DNA of 64,000 nt from Eledone cirrhosa (taxonomy: Eukaryota): the NCBI GenBank assembly GCA_964016885.1, contig OZ024740.1, positions 346,952,001 to 347,016,000 of the forward strand, in the 5' to 3' direction. Every line of letters begins with the position of its first letter. Position 1 is the stretch's first letter. The translations under genes and the position numbers were made by a program. The notes below the pieces were generated by a model. The model was not told where the DNA came from. It did not search any database and was given only the letters and a program-made list of their open reading frames with translations. Positions 40,030 to 54,959 of this stretch are shown here, in pieces.

Positions 40030-41780
40030 CTGTATAATAGACCAACAGACACAGAAATCCTATTCCCAGAGACAGCACAATCATTATGAGACAAAGAACT
40101 AAGTTCTCAAAACAGTTTAATGCACAACAGAACAACAAGAACGGACCCTATCTGAAATAGGCACTTCTAGAAATGGAAACTGTACTCAAAATTTGCATGA
40201 GAAGAAGAGGGCAGAGAGAGAAGCCAGGGCCATAGGAAATATTAAAACAAACCCTAAGTTCTTCTTTAAATTTGCCAAAAGAAATGCCGCGGTAGACTGC
40301 AAGATTAGGCCAGTCTTCCATGAAATATGGTTCATTAACCGTGGATCCCCAAGGAAAAATTGAAATACTGAATAAACAGTAGAAAAGTCTCTCCACGCCA
40401 TTATTGAGGCAATTGCAAATAACGAAGCCAGAGGATTTCTTTGATCCCACAATACTCCACGAAGAAAGGGTGACACTCAACCACATAGACATAACGGAGA
40501 AAGATGTGATATCCGCCATAGAAGAAATTAGAACAAATTCAGCTGTTGGACCTGATGGATTCCCAGCAGTCATCCTAAAAACATAGTACGCAGCATGGCT
40601 TTCGTCCAGGAAAAAGCTGCCTTACACAGCTGTTACAACATTATGACTGTGTTCTGAAACAACTGCTGATCAGCACACATGTGGACGTGATATATCTTGA
40701 CTTTGCGAAGGACTGTGAGAATGTCAACCATGGAATGATATGTCACAAGCTACACAGACTCGACATAATTGGAAACGTATGTGAGTTACTGCATGATTTC
40801 TTAAAAGACATATAGTTGCAGCCAATAGGGCCCACTCAATAACAAGTGGGATGCCCCATGGCACAGTTTTGGGACCCCTACTATTTTTGGTGTCTCTATA
40901 CAACATCCCTCACGAGCTAAGCTGATGACAGAAAGGTAGCACAGAAAATCAAAAACCAGGCAGGTGCTGCCCTTTTACAACAAGATCTGGATGCCATATA
41001 CTAATAGACTAATGTCAACAACATGCAGTTTAATGCTGGAAAATGTCAAGCCCTGCAATATCAACCTGCTAGCATAAAGACAGTAAAACACAGTGACACT
41101 GGACCAAGAAGGATCGAAATCCCCGTCTCGAAATCGATACAAGACCTAGAGATAGACATGAGCGCCTATGTATCTTGTGATTCACACATTTTGAGTTTGG
41201 CGACAATGTGCAAACGACTCACTGGCAGGGTCTTGAAGACGGTCCGGACAACAGACCGACATACCATGTTGGTATTATGGAGGACCACTGCTCACAACTG
41301 TGGTCACCCATAGTATCAAACTAACCACGGCAATCCAACAAAGCTACCAAGAAGATAGCCACGATGAGGGAGATGAGCTACTAGGAGAGACTAAAATAAA
41401 ACAGAAACAGTGATATAAATAAGGAAAATCGTGGGAGGCCTAGCACCAAACTTTGGCAGTGAGAGCTGTGTGGTGCCAAGGTTCCCGTCTTTCACATATA
41501 TAAACAGGAGTAGATATTGCAATAGCCTGGGGTTCAAAGGCTCTCAACCCTTCACAACGTTACCAAGAAATTCGGAAGATCTGCATGTTGTGGACGTGGA
41601 TGCTTTCAAAACACATCTTCACACTCTGTTATCCAGGATCCTGGATGAGCCCATAGCACGGTCAAAGGTAAACTAAAGGCAGCATTTATGAACACCTCCT
41701 TACATGAATAGCTAACCAGCATAGTTTGGAGATAGAACGTGTAACAACAAAGGCGGTGACCAGTATGGCCTCAGCCGGAT
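40030..41780 (+). mobile_element. Decayed CR1-clade LINE (RT and 3' region)
   Basis: Broken frames read IKTNPKFFFKFAK, SAVGPDGFPAVILK, QHGFRPG, VDVIYLDFAK, SGMPHGTVLGPLLFLV, LQQDLDAIY and MQFNAGKCQAL. Confidence 0.88.
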
Positions 41781-41805
41781 AGCTGATACAGGTAAAAGAT
41801 TAAAC

Positions 41806-41855
<50 letters not shown>

Positions 41856-42241
41856 CAAAAGTATGCCCGAATATAAAGGTGTATATTAATATATACACGG
41901 GGATGTGGACGACTGAAAGTGTACACAGCGCAGGTTTTTGTGTAATTTTGCATAATGTAATGTAGATCAGTGAATGTATATAGCAAATACAATATTTGGT
42001 GTGTAACAATTATAACAGTAATAGCTTAAATATATTCAAAATAACCATTATAATTATTTTTGATGCTTGAATAGAAAAAATGCGATATATATATATGTGT
42101 GTGTGTGTTTAATATATATATATATATATGGTGGCTGCCAACTAGTTTTCGAGTACGGCCACTACTTAATATCCATGTAGGAGAATCCCCACCAAGTGCG
42201 ACCCTCTAGTCCAGCCAGCGACATGAAAACTCTGGTACAAA

Positions 42242-42287
<46 letters not shown>

Positions 42288-42510
42288 AGTATGTATACGT
42301 ACATACATATATGTATACAGACGTACAGTAGCATGCATATATATATATATATACATACAGGTACACATACATATATGTACGTATCAGTTTAGCGGACGCT
42401 TATTATAGCGCCCGCTTTGTTCGTTTGTAAACAAACTGAACAGCCTGAATTTATGCCGCACGGTGTTAAGGCAACCACGTCACCTTTTTGTTTCAACACT
42501 GACACAGGAA

Positions 42511-42551
42511 CGATGTACTAGTTTCAAGCTTGTTAGCTATCATCAGCATCG
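42511..42551 (-). ncRNA. Minimal type I hammerhead ribozyme, family A
   Basis: Minus strand reads cgatg-CTGATGA-t-agct-aaca-agct-t-GAAA-ctag-ta-catcg; perfect stem I; palindromic stem III actagt; GUA site. Confidence 0.82.
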
Positions 42552-42788
42552 TATACCCATCTGCCAGATAGTTGAACGTTCGAAAGTATATACTTTCCTT
42601 ATGAAAATTAACGGCTGAGCAGCCTAATTTGCATATCGAGTGAGTTAAATCGGTCAGCCGCACCGAAAACGATGAGTTGTAATAAAATGAAAACGAAATT
42701 TCATTTCTCACTCTTAGTACGGCACTTACTTAAATGTAAGTATGTATGTATACGTACATACATATATGTATACAGACGTACAGTAGCA

Positions 42789-42864
<76 letters not shown>

Positions 42865-43213
42865 CAGGTACACATACATATATGTACGTATCAGTTTAGC
42901 GGACGCTTATTATAGCGCCCGCTTTGTTCGTTTGTAAACAAACTGAACAGCCTGATTTTATGCCGCACGCATAAATTTATGCCGCACGTCTGTATGCATA
43001 TATGTATGTACGTATACATACATACTTACATTTAAGTAAGTGCCGTACTAAGAGTGAGAAATGAAATTTCGTTTTCATTTTATTACAACTCATCGTTTTC
43101 AGTGCGCCTGACCGATTTAACTCACTCGATATGCAAATTAGGCTGCTCAGCCGTTAATTTTCATAAGTAAAGTATCTACTTTCGAACGTTCAACTATCTG
43201 GCAGATGGGTATA

Positions 43214-43254
43214 CGGTGCTGATGATAGCTAACAAGCTTGAAACTAGTACATCG
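43214..43254 (+). ncRNA. Minimal type I hammerhead ribozyme, family A
   Basis: cggtg-CTGATGA(43219-43225)-t-agct-aaca-agct-t-GAAA(43240-43243)-ctag-ta-catcg; predicted cut after 43249. Confidence 0.82.
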
Positions 43255-43406
43255 TTCCTGTGTCAGTGTTGAACAAAAATGTGACGTGGTTGCCTTAACA
43301 CCGTGCGGCATAAATTCAGGCTGTTCAGTTTGTTTACAAACGAACAAAGCGGGCGCTATAATAAGCGTCCGCTAAACTGATACGTACATATATGTATGTG
43401 TACCTG

Positions 43407-43481
<75 letters not shown>

Positions 43482-43596
43482 GCATGCTACTGTACGTCTG
43501 TATACATATATGTATGTACGTATACATACATACTTACATTTAAGTAAGTGCCGTACTAAGAGTGAGAAATGAAATTTCGTTTTCATTTTAATACAA

Positions 43597-43633
<37 letters not shown>

Positions 43634-43749
43634 TATATATAAATATATGCATGTATATGTATGTATGTATATATATAAATATATGTATGTATATATATAT
43701 ATGAAATATATGAAATATAAGAATCAAAGAACTGTTCAAAACAGTATTG

Positions 43750-43796
43750 TGCTTACAGCTGTTTCCTCCAAACCGAGGTTTGGATTCTTCGGAGCA
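43750..43796 (-). ncRNA. Type I hammerhead ribozyme with CCGAAGA core, family D left arm
   Basis: Reverse complement of 45612-45658. Confidence 0.68.
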
Positions 43797-45611
43797 ATTT
43801 ATTAATGCATGGACAGTTATATGACCTCCTTTTCAGCCGAGAGACATACCAATACATATTCAAACATTGATACATATTCAAACATTGTGGGTCAACATTC
43901 ATTACAGAATTTAGAGTGGCAGTACACACTTCGAGATTACATTTATATTAATAGGTACAATCAAAAATCAAAGATATAGGTTAAAGTACAACATGAAGAT
44001 AAGTGGTTATATAGTGCAAATGTTATATGTGTGGCACGCATGTGCGTCTTGTTTATATAGTGTGGCAGAGAGATATGTGTGGTAGAGGCACTTAGGTAGG
44101 TAAATAAGAGTGTTAGGTTGGTAGATCTGGTGGCAAAGTCTTTATATGATTGATATAGTCTGTGTGTGGAGAAATATTATAAGCATTAAAGATAGTGCAA
44201 GCATTAAAAGTGTTATAAGTATTGGAGGTGCACAGCGCAGGGATGTCAAGTAATTCATGTACTTCGGCATTTTCATGGTCAAGGGAGTGTATATTTCGAT
44301 TATATGCCTTTCACATAATCCACGACAATCCAGTTAGAGATCGTAGTCTGGTGTTCTTTAGTTCGATACAGGAGGTTGTTACGTTTCGAGAAACGCCATT
44401 GAATACCGGAAGTGTGTGTGTGGCTAAGGGGAGTTAATGCATGCGGGGAGGTAACTCTGGGGTTTCTATATCTAGCCATTAAAATGTGTCCCAATATAGA
44501 CCCTAAATTCTATGGTGAGGTGCACCTTCCAAGAGAGACTTTTAAAGCATAAAGTGTACTAACTATAGAGTAGTTTAACTAAATTATGCTGAAGGTGATC
44601 ATATTATTATTAAGGTGGATTAACCCATCTTAAGGTGCTACAAATGGAAATTATAGATGATGAGCGAGGATTCTAAATTAATGATCTCTGTGGTTGTAGT
44701 CTGCTCATATGACCAGGCGCGGTGATTGCAGGATTGCTTCAGGACCCAATGATCTCTGGTAAGATCTGGGTCATCGCTTGCTACATTGGATGTCGAAAGA
44801 TAATCGTCCCCAGGCAGGCCATAATTTAGTTAAACTACTCTATAGTTAGTACACTTTATGCTTTAAAAGTCTCTCTTGGAAGGTGCACCTCACCATAGAA
44901 TTTAGGGTCTATATTGGGACACATTTTAATGGCTAGATATAGAAACCCCAGAGTTATCTCCCCGCATGCATTAACTCCCCTTAGCCACACACACACTTCC
45001 GGTATTCAATGGCGTTTCTCGAAACGTAACAACCTCCTGTATCGAACTAAAGAACACCAGACTACGATCTCTAACTGGATTGTCGTGGATTATGTGAAAG
45101 GCATATAATCGAAATATACACTCCCTTGACCATGAAAATGCCGAAGTACATGAATTACTTGACATCCCTGCGCTGTGCACCTCCAATACTTATAACACTT
45201 TTAATGCTTGCACTATCTTTAATGCTTATAATATTTCTCCACACACAGACTATATCAATCATATAAAGACTTTGCCACCAGATCTACCAACCTAACACTC
45301 TTATTTACCTACCTAAGTGCCTCTACCACACATATCTCTCTGCCACACTATATAAACAAGACGCACATGCGTGCCACACATATAACATTTGCACTATATA
45401 ACCACTTATCTTCATGTTGTACTTTAACCTATATCTTTGATTTTTGATTGTACCTATTAATATAAATGTAATCTCGAAGTGTGTACTGCCACTCTAAATT
45501 CTGTAATGAATGTTGACCCACAATGTTTGAATATGTATCAATGTTTGAATATGTATTGGTATGTCTCTCGGCTGAAAAGGAGGTCATATAACTGTCCATG
45601 CATTAATAAAT

Positions 45612-45658
45612 TGCTCCGAAGAATCCAAACCTCGGTTTGGAGGAAACAGCTGTAAGCA
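45612..45658 (+). ncRNA. Type I hammerhead ribozyme with CCGAAGA core, family D right arm
   Basis: tgct-CCGAAGA-a-tccaaac-ctcg-gtttgga-g-GAAA-cagctg-ta-agca; palindromic stem III acagctgt; GUA site. Confidence 0.68.
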
Positions 45659-45903
45659 CAATAATGTTTTGAACAGTTCTTTGATTCTTATATTTCATAT
45701 AACTGCTCTGTAAATCATCTGATGTTTTTACATTGAGCTACTTAACTTACTGGTAATAAGGTAGTAATACATTACTGCCTACCACTATTTAGGGTGTGTG
45801 TAAAATACTTACAACTGCTTAAGGTTTTGTGTTTACATAACCATAAATAGTATAACTAATACTGTATATATATATATATATAAATATATAAATATATGTA
45901 TAA

Positions 45904-45964
<61 letters not shown>

Positions 45965-46023
45965 GAGAGGGAGAGAATTAGTATATCTACCAACATATGT
46001 ATAACATTTTCTGATTTTACGTC

Positions 46024-46137
<114 letters not shown>

Positions 46138-46140
46138 ATT

Positions 46141-46175
<35 letters not shown>

Positions 46176-46240
46176 GTATATATATATATATATATGTATA
46201 TAAGTATCTTTATATATACATCTACATATAATTAAATCGT

Positions 46241-46432
46241 AATAATGGTTTTTTATATAGGCACAAGGCCAGAAATTTTGGGGGTGGCGAAAGTCGATTA
46301 AATTGACCCCAGTGCGTGACTGGTACTTTATTTTATCGACCTCGTAAGGATGAGAGGCAAACTTAACCTCGGCGGGATTTGCCCTCAGAATGGCAAGGGC
46401 CGTAACTCTGTGCGTCAAAGCATAGCGTCCGA
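46241..46432 (-). mobile_element. SINE S1, long-tail subfamily, slightly 5'-truncated
   Basis: S1 body with the extra ggggtggcgaaagtcgattaaattgacccc segment also seen at 59456-59665. Confidence 0.8.
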
Positions 46433-46743
46433 TCCTAATGAAATGAGGTTGTGACCGATTGAGTGTATTATTAAGTGGAAAGACCATTTAACTAATATAT
46501 TTTTAACAATATTATTCCATGAATATTATTTTTATACAAAGGCACAGAGAAAAAGCACCCACATTCATCTCCACACAATTGTACACACACATATATATAT
46601 ACATATATATAATTATACATATATAAATATATAAGTACATACATATATTTATATGCGCATATATATACGTGTGTGTGCGCGTGTATGAGTGTGTGTGCTT
46701 ATATATATAAATATATATAGTTGTATATATATATACATAAATA

Positions 46744-46862
<119 letters not shown>

Positions 46863-47255
46863 ATATGTGTGCTTATGTGCTCATATATATACTTATATAT
46901 ATATAATTACAAATGTATATATATATATCAATATATATATATGTATGTGTGTGTGCGTGTGTATGTATGTGTATATCTCTCTCTCTATATATATATATAT
47001 ACATATATGGATAGAAATATATGACCCAATTTATCCTTTGCCATATACGTGTATCGACGATATATAATTTTATACATACATTAAACAATCTTTATATCGA
47101 CATAACTTTTTCCCCCACTATTCCCGAACACTCACACACATACACACACACACACGCATATATACAAATATATATATATATATATTTTTTTAAATATAAA
47201 TATAAGTATGAGAAATGAAATTTCGTTTCATTTTTTCCGTTTATTTTTATATATA

Positions 47256-47292
<37 letters not shown>

Positions 47293-47355
47293 AAATATAT
47301 CATATTAATAAATATATTCTGCATATATATAATAAATGTATTTGTATATGGATAT

Positions 47356-47392
<37 letters not shown>

Positions 47393-47541
47393 GTATAGTG
47401 GTAGCTATGGTGCTTCCGTGGGCGGTATGCCAAAATCAGCACTCGATTTCATCAGAGTAGAGTGTATATATTATCAAGAAAACGAAAAAAGTACACGAAA
47501 TAAACTAAGTCCAGATGCATCACTGATTTTTCGTTTTCTTG

Positions 47542-47636
<95 letters not shown>

Positions 47637-47909
47637 ACATTATTTTCCCAACTTGTAGAAAACTTATAACGAAACGATCGTTTGGAAGGAGAGATGTATT
47701 TAAGTATGTCTCATATAAAATAATACAGCCGGCAATCTGTAAAATACAATATAGTTAGCACCCCAAACATATAAATATGGTTATACTCGGGTATATCCTA
47801 AAGTTTGTTGAGTCATATAAATGTCGGTCGGAGTATTGCTTAAATCTTTCTCTGTTAATGTATTAAGTATATATATAGATATTGAACTGTGTGTATATAT
47901 ATATATATA

Positions 47910-47940
<31 letters not shown>

Positions 47941-48081
47941 GTATTCATGTATGTATGTATATGTGTATGTGTTTATATATATATGTATGTTTATATATAT
48001 ATATATATTTATATATCCATATACAAATATATTTATATATCCATATACGAATATATTTATTATAAATACAGAACATATTTA

Positions 48082-48199
48082 TTAATTGTTTCTACTTTAG
48101 GCACAAGGCCAGCAATTACTCAGTGCATTACTGGTACTTTATTTTATCGACCCCGTAAGGATGAAAGGCAAAGTCAACCTCGGCGGGATTTGAACTCAG
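48082..48199 (-). mobile_element. 5'-truncated SINE S1
   Basis: Matches the S1 3' part; identical to 52298-52409 over about 110 bp. Confidence 0.85.
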
Positions 48200-48393
48200 T
48201 ATATATTTATTAATATTTATTAATAAAACAGAATATATTTATTAATATGATATATTTAGACATACATATATTTGGACATACATATATATATATATGTATA
48301 TATATATACATATATATATAGAGAGAGGGAGAGAAATATAATATATATATATATATAATATGTATCTGTGTATATATATGTCAGTGTATTTAT

Positions 48394-49390
<997 letters not shown>

Positions 49391-49415
49391 ATATATATAT
49401 GTATATATATATATT

Positions 49416-49475
<60 letters not shown>

Positions 49476-49852
49476 CATGCGCTTTAAATGTACATATCTA
49501 TATGTATGTCTCGTGTGTAGATAAGTATATGAGTATACATGTCTTCATATTACCTATCCTAACGATTCAGCGAAGAGGCGATGGATAGTCATCTGTTTTG
49601 TTGTAATAATTTCTTAAATGTTATATTCATTATGCACATCTACATCAAGGCCGCGTCCGAACATCGCCTTGGATTAATGAATGGATCCTGTAGAATAATA
49701 TAAGCATGTAACCACACACACACAGACACTCACCCACATGTACATACAGGGAGATATACACATCAACACATCTACACACATAAAGTTATATATATACCTG
49801 AATATGTATATAAATATATGTATAAATGTATATATGTGTATGTCAATATGTG

Positions 49853-49892
<40 letters not shown>

Positions 49893-49896
<4 letters not shown>

Positions 49897-49945
49897 TTAA
49901 TATAGATGAGATTCTACAGGACAGAATCTCATCTATATTAAAACT
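49893..49945. repeat. Perfect 23-bp hairpin with 7-nt loop
   Basis: agttttaatatagatgagattct / agaatctcatctatattaaaact. Confidence 0.9.
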
Positions 49946-50292
49946 GTTATACTCTGCTATGTATTGAGTACCTTACTTACTGTGGTTACCTCCGATTCAA
50001 CCCGGAATAACGTATATATATATATATATATATAAAATACAATATGTTGAAAAGCTAACAAACTAGAGAGAGATATACAGTCCGCTATCAATAGAACATG
50101 GACAAACCACCAGTGTATGGAATATATAGCCTATGAAAGGCAGACCACAGACACGATAATTAAAAATATATATTAAAGCATAAATAAATACCTCTATAAC
50201 TATATAACACATGTACAAATCCGAAGAGATCTGTTTCGCCAGTATATATTTCTGTATATCTGTTTCTCGGTATATACATATATATATATATA

Positions 50293-50480
50293 TAATGAAG
50301 GAAGTGTAGTAAGGAACAGGATGGACCATAACGCACCAGAGTACTCAATACTTAATGTAGTAGAGTGGGTAATAGGTAAATATTTAACCCCGACGCCAGA
50401 GCTCAGGCCGTTTCCAGGGCTATTTCTGGATAGCCGTCGAAACGGCTTGAGCTCTGCTGTCGGGGTTAAGCATTTTCCTA
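50293..50480. repeat. Family G second copy with fold-back (palindrome 50373-50480, apex about 50426)
   Basis: Reverse-complement homologue of 38840-38977; the apex differs from that of the 38.8-kb copy. Confidence 0.85.
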
Positions 50481-50502
50481 TATATATATATATATATATA
50501 CA

Positions 50503-50560
<58 letters not shown>

Positions 50561-50707
50561 TTATATATATATATAAATAAATAAATATATATATATATTT
50601 ATTTATATATATATATATATAAATAAATATATATATATATTTATTTATATATATATATATATATAAATAAATATATATATATATATATATAAATATATCT
50701 ATATATA

Positions 50708-50783
<76 letters not shown>

Positions 50784-50884
50784 ATATATATAGTTGTAGA
50801 ACACGGGGAGATTATACCCGTAGTATGTAGAGCACCCAATTCGGATCTAGCTGTCCAGACGGCCGACGGGGTCCTGAATCTTTT

Positions 50885-50964
<80 letters not shown>

Positions 50965-51068
50965 TATATATATCCCAACTCTCAAGCGTGAACCTGATAC
51001 CAACAGGGTTCGTAACTGCACTCGTTATTGTTTTTTGTGTTTTATTTTTCCAATATATATACATATAC

Positions 51069-51125
<57 letters not shown>

Positions 51126-51149
51126 TATATAGATATATATATACATATG

Positions 51150-51185
<36 letters not shown>

Positions 51186-51329
51186 GATATATACATATAT
51201 ATATATGCATATATACATATATATATATATATGTAAATATATATATATATATATATATACGTATATATATATACATATATATATATGTATATATATATAC
51301 ATATATATATATATACATATGAATATATA

Positions 51330-51465
<136 letters not shown>

Positions 51466-51469
51466 CAGG

Positions 51470-51795
51470 TAAATTTCCCGAGATCCATGGACGAGTTTTC
51501 TCCAGTGGTCTCTGTCCTTTACCCTCACCGCCACGTCCTGCGTATCCCATAGACCTGTGTGTTCGTGTAGGGGCTCCCACTGGACCACTTTGTGCAGTGT
51601 CAGCTTTGACTGCTAGTGAGCATGTCCAGCTAATTTTAATCCCCTCTGTCTTACTTTCCACCTGACATTTGGGAGGCACTCGTACAGGTCATCATCATTA
51701 GCATTCTTGTGTAGCCCCCACTGTGATTTGAGTGAGTTTCTTGGTCACTGTCTAAGTTTCAGACCAGTATAGTAGCACAGACTCCACTGTACTCA
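51470..51795 (-). mobile_element. RTE-like LINE 3' fragment
   Basis: STVESVLLYWSET*TVTKK...GYTRML and ...[10 protein letters not shown] are typical C-terminal RTE motifs. Confidence 0.75.
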
Positions 51796-51830
51796 TATAT
51801 ACATGTTGTGCATACATATATATAGTTATA

Positions 51831-51922
<92 letters not shown>

Positions 51923-52031
51923 TAAGTATTAATAAAATAGATGTTCTTTTGATCAATTATATTTTATTATACATATTTCGGATGTACAACAGTACGTCCT
52001 ATGACATAATCATCGAATATTGTTTAACAAC

Positions 52032-52118
<87 letters not shown>

Positions 52119-52165
52119 TTATTTACATATATATATACACACACCCCTCATGATGATGATGATGA

Positions 52166-52249
<84 letters not shown>

Positions 52250-52297
52250 TTATTTACATATATATATACACACACCCCTCTCTCAAGCGTGAAACTA

Positions 52298-52409
52298 ATA
52301 ATTGTTTCTACTTTAGGCACAAGGCCAGCAATTACTCAGTGCATTACTGGTACTTTATTTTATCGACCCCGTAAGGATGAAAGGCAAAGTCAACCTCGGC
52401 GGGATTTGA
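52298..52409 (-). mobile_element. 5'-truncated SINE S1
   Basis: Matches the S1 3' part. Confidence 0.85.
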
Positions 52410-52518
52410 AAATAACATTTGTACTGCCTCTTCGTTTCCAGCTTTTTTTGTTTTCTGTTTACTGTCTCAACTTTAAAAAGAATATATATATATGTATACA
52501 TATATACATACATCTATT

Positions 52519-52606
<88 letters not shown>

Positions 52607-53082
52607 TATATATATATATATATATTGCATATATATATACCTTTTCTCTCATTTTGATATTATAATAATAATAATAATAATGAAATTATTGTGTAAAGTG
52701 CTCAGGTGCACTACAACTCGTCAATATTAAACGCTACATTAAATGGCATATATACATTTTGTAAATTATTGCAGCTTAACTCTATAATTTCGCAAATTAC
52801 TTGCTCCATTTCTAGAAATACTTTTGTTTAAATAGTAATTAAGCGACAAACATTAAACTTAAACAAAGTGACGATCACACAGACCAAGGCATATTTATAA
52901 TTACATACAAACCCTCCCACTCTCTGTCTCTCCGATGTTTGCTAATATACATATATGTGCATCAGTGTGTCGCGTGTGTATATATGTGTGTGTGTGCGTG
53001 TGTATGTGTGCCCGCGTGTGTATGTGTATGTTTGTGGGTGTGTATGTATTCATTTAGATTACTGTGAATAATCGGGCGCATC

Positions 53083-54170
53083 TTCCTATATATATTTCTA
53101 TCATCACATATATATTTCTATCATCCCATATATATTTCTATTATCCTATATATATTTCTATTATCCTATATATATTTCTATTATCCTATATATATTTCTA
53201 TTATCCTATATATATTTCTATTATCCTATATATATTTCTATCATCCCATATATATTTCTGTTATCCTATATATATTTCTGTTATCCTATATATATTTCTA
53301 TTATCCTATATATATTTATATCATCCCATATATATTTCTATTATCATATATATATTTATATCATCCCATATATATTTCTATTATCCTATATATATTTATA
53401 TCATCCCATATATATTTCTGTTATCCTATATATATTTCTATTTTCCCATATACATTTCTATTATCCTATATATATTTATATCATCCCATATATATTTCTA
53501 TTATCCTATATATATTTATATCATCCCATATATATTTCTATTATCCTATATATATTTCTATCATTCCATATATATTTCTGTTATCCTATATATATTTCTA
53601 TCATCCTATATATATTTCTATCATCCCATATATATTTCTATTATCCTATATATATTTCTATTTTCCCATATACATTTCTATTATCTTCTATATATTTCTA
53701 TCATCCTATATATATTTATATCATCCCATATATATTTCTATTATCCTATATATATTTCTATTATCCTATATATATTTCTATTATCCTATATATATTTCTA
53801 TTATCCTATATATATTTCTATTATCCTATATATATTTCTATTATCCTATATATATTTCTAACATCCTATATATATTTATATTATCCTATATATATTTATA
53901 TCATCCCATATATATTTCTATTATCCTATATATATTTCTATCATTCCATATATATTTCTGTTATCCTATATATATTTATATCATTCCATATATATTTCTA
54001 TTATCCTATATATATTTCTATCATCCCATATATATTTCTATTGCCCTATATATATTTCTATCATCCTATATATATTTCTATCATCCCATATATATTTCTA
54101 TTATCCTATATATATTTCTATTATCCTATATACATTTCTATCATCCCATATATATTTCTATCATCCCATA
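53083..54170. repeat. 20-bp minisatellite (tatatttctattatcctata)n, about 54 copies
   Basis: Strict 20-bp periodicity with point variants only. Confidence 0.95.
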
Positions 54171-54576
54171 TCATCTTGTCTGTGGTGTGAGAATTGATTC
54201 ATAGTGCTAATGTTGGTAGTTTTCTTTTAAATATTATTGTTATTCATATAGTTCATATTATAGGTAGGTTGCTTAAATTGATAGCGAATGTGATATTTTT
54301 TTTTTATATTTGTAATGTAGCCCTTGCTGTTGCTGATAGTGTTTCTAATGTTGATGGTGGTTATCATTGTAACAATTGATGGGGATTGTGTGGGAGACAC
54401 TAATGAAGATTATGATGATGATAATGCTATGAATTGTAGGATAATAATATACTAACTTAGAACAAATTGCAGCCGTTAGTTTCCTAAAGGTTTTATACAC
54501 ATATATCACGATAAACCACAAGTTGATACATCAATGTAGGAAGCGTATAGGTACAAACATATATGCGTATATATGG

Positions 54577-54623
<47 letters not shown>

Positions 54624-54675
54624 AAAAACAAACAAACACAAACACACACACATATATATGTATATTGATGTATAC

Positions 54676-54708
<33 letters not shown>

Positions 54709-54738
54709 AAATAAATATTTGTGTATATATATACATGC

Positions 54739-54818
<80 letters not shown>

Positions 54819-54959
54819 ACATATGCATGTATGTATAGATAAATATGTGAGGGCATACTACGGGTATAACCTCCCAGTGTTTTACCAACATATATAGATA
54901 TATATAAATATATATACCTACATATATGTATGTAAGTGGGTGTATATATATATATATAT

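Larger units (their letters stand above)
42283..43598. mobile_element. Retrozyme-like tandem array, family A: about 455-bp unit, 1.5 copies, inversion at about 42970-42990, then 1.3 reversed copies
   Basis: acgtacagtagcatgc at 42321 and 42776. 42986-43598 is the reverse complement. The junction has a short duplication of tttatgccgcacg. Confidence 0.88.
43707..45701. mobile_element. Family D: 882-bp near-identical inverted repeat with 231-bp spacer; probable PLE-derived insertion
   Basis: Arms 43707-44588 and 44820-45701 show only a couple of visible mismatches. An HHR sits near each outer end. Faint GIY-YIG-like remnants (RTKEH...HSLDHENAEV). Confidence 0.85.

Noticed and set aside
47400-47551. 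Minus-strand CTGATGA-aatc..gatt and an adjacent 25-bp inverted repeat
   Set aside because: GAAA and stem III are not recognisable; the hairpin is real but too short to classify.
53083-54170. Regular repeats as a CRISPR array
   Set aside because: No unique spacers, no cas genes, and a eukaryotic context.
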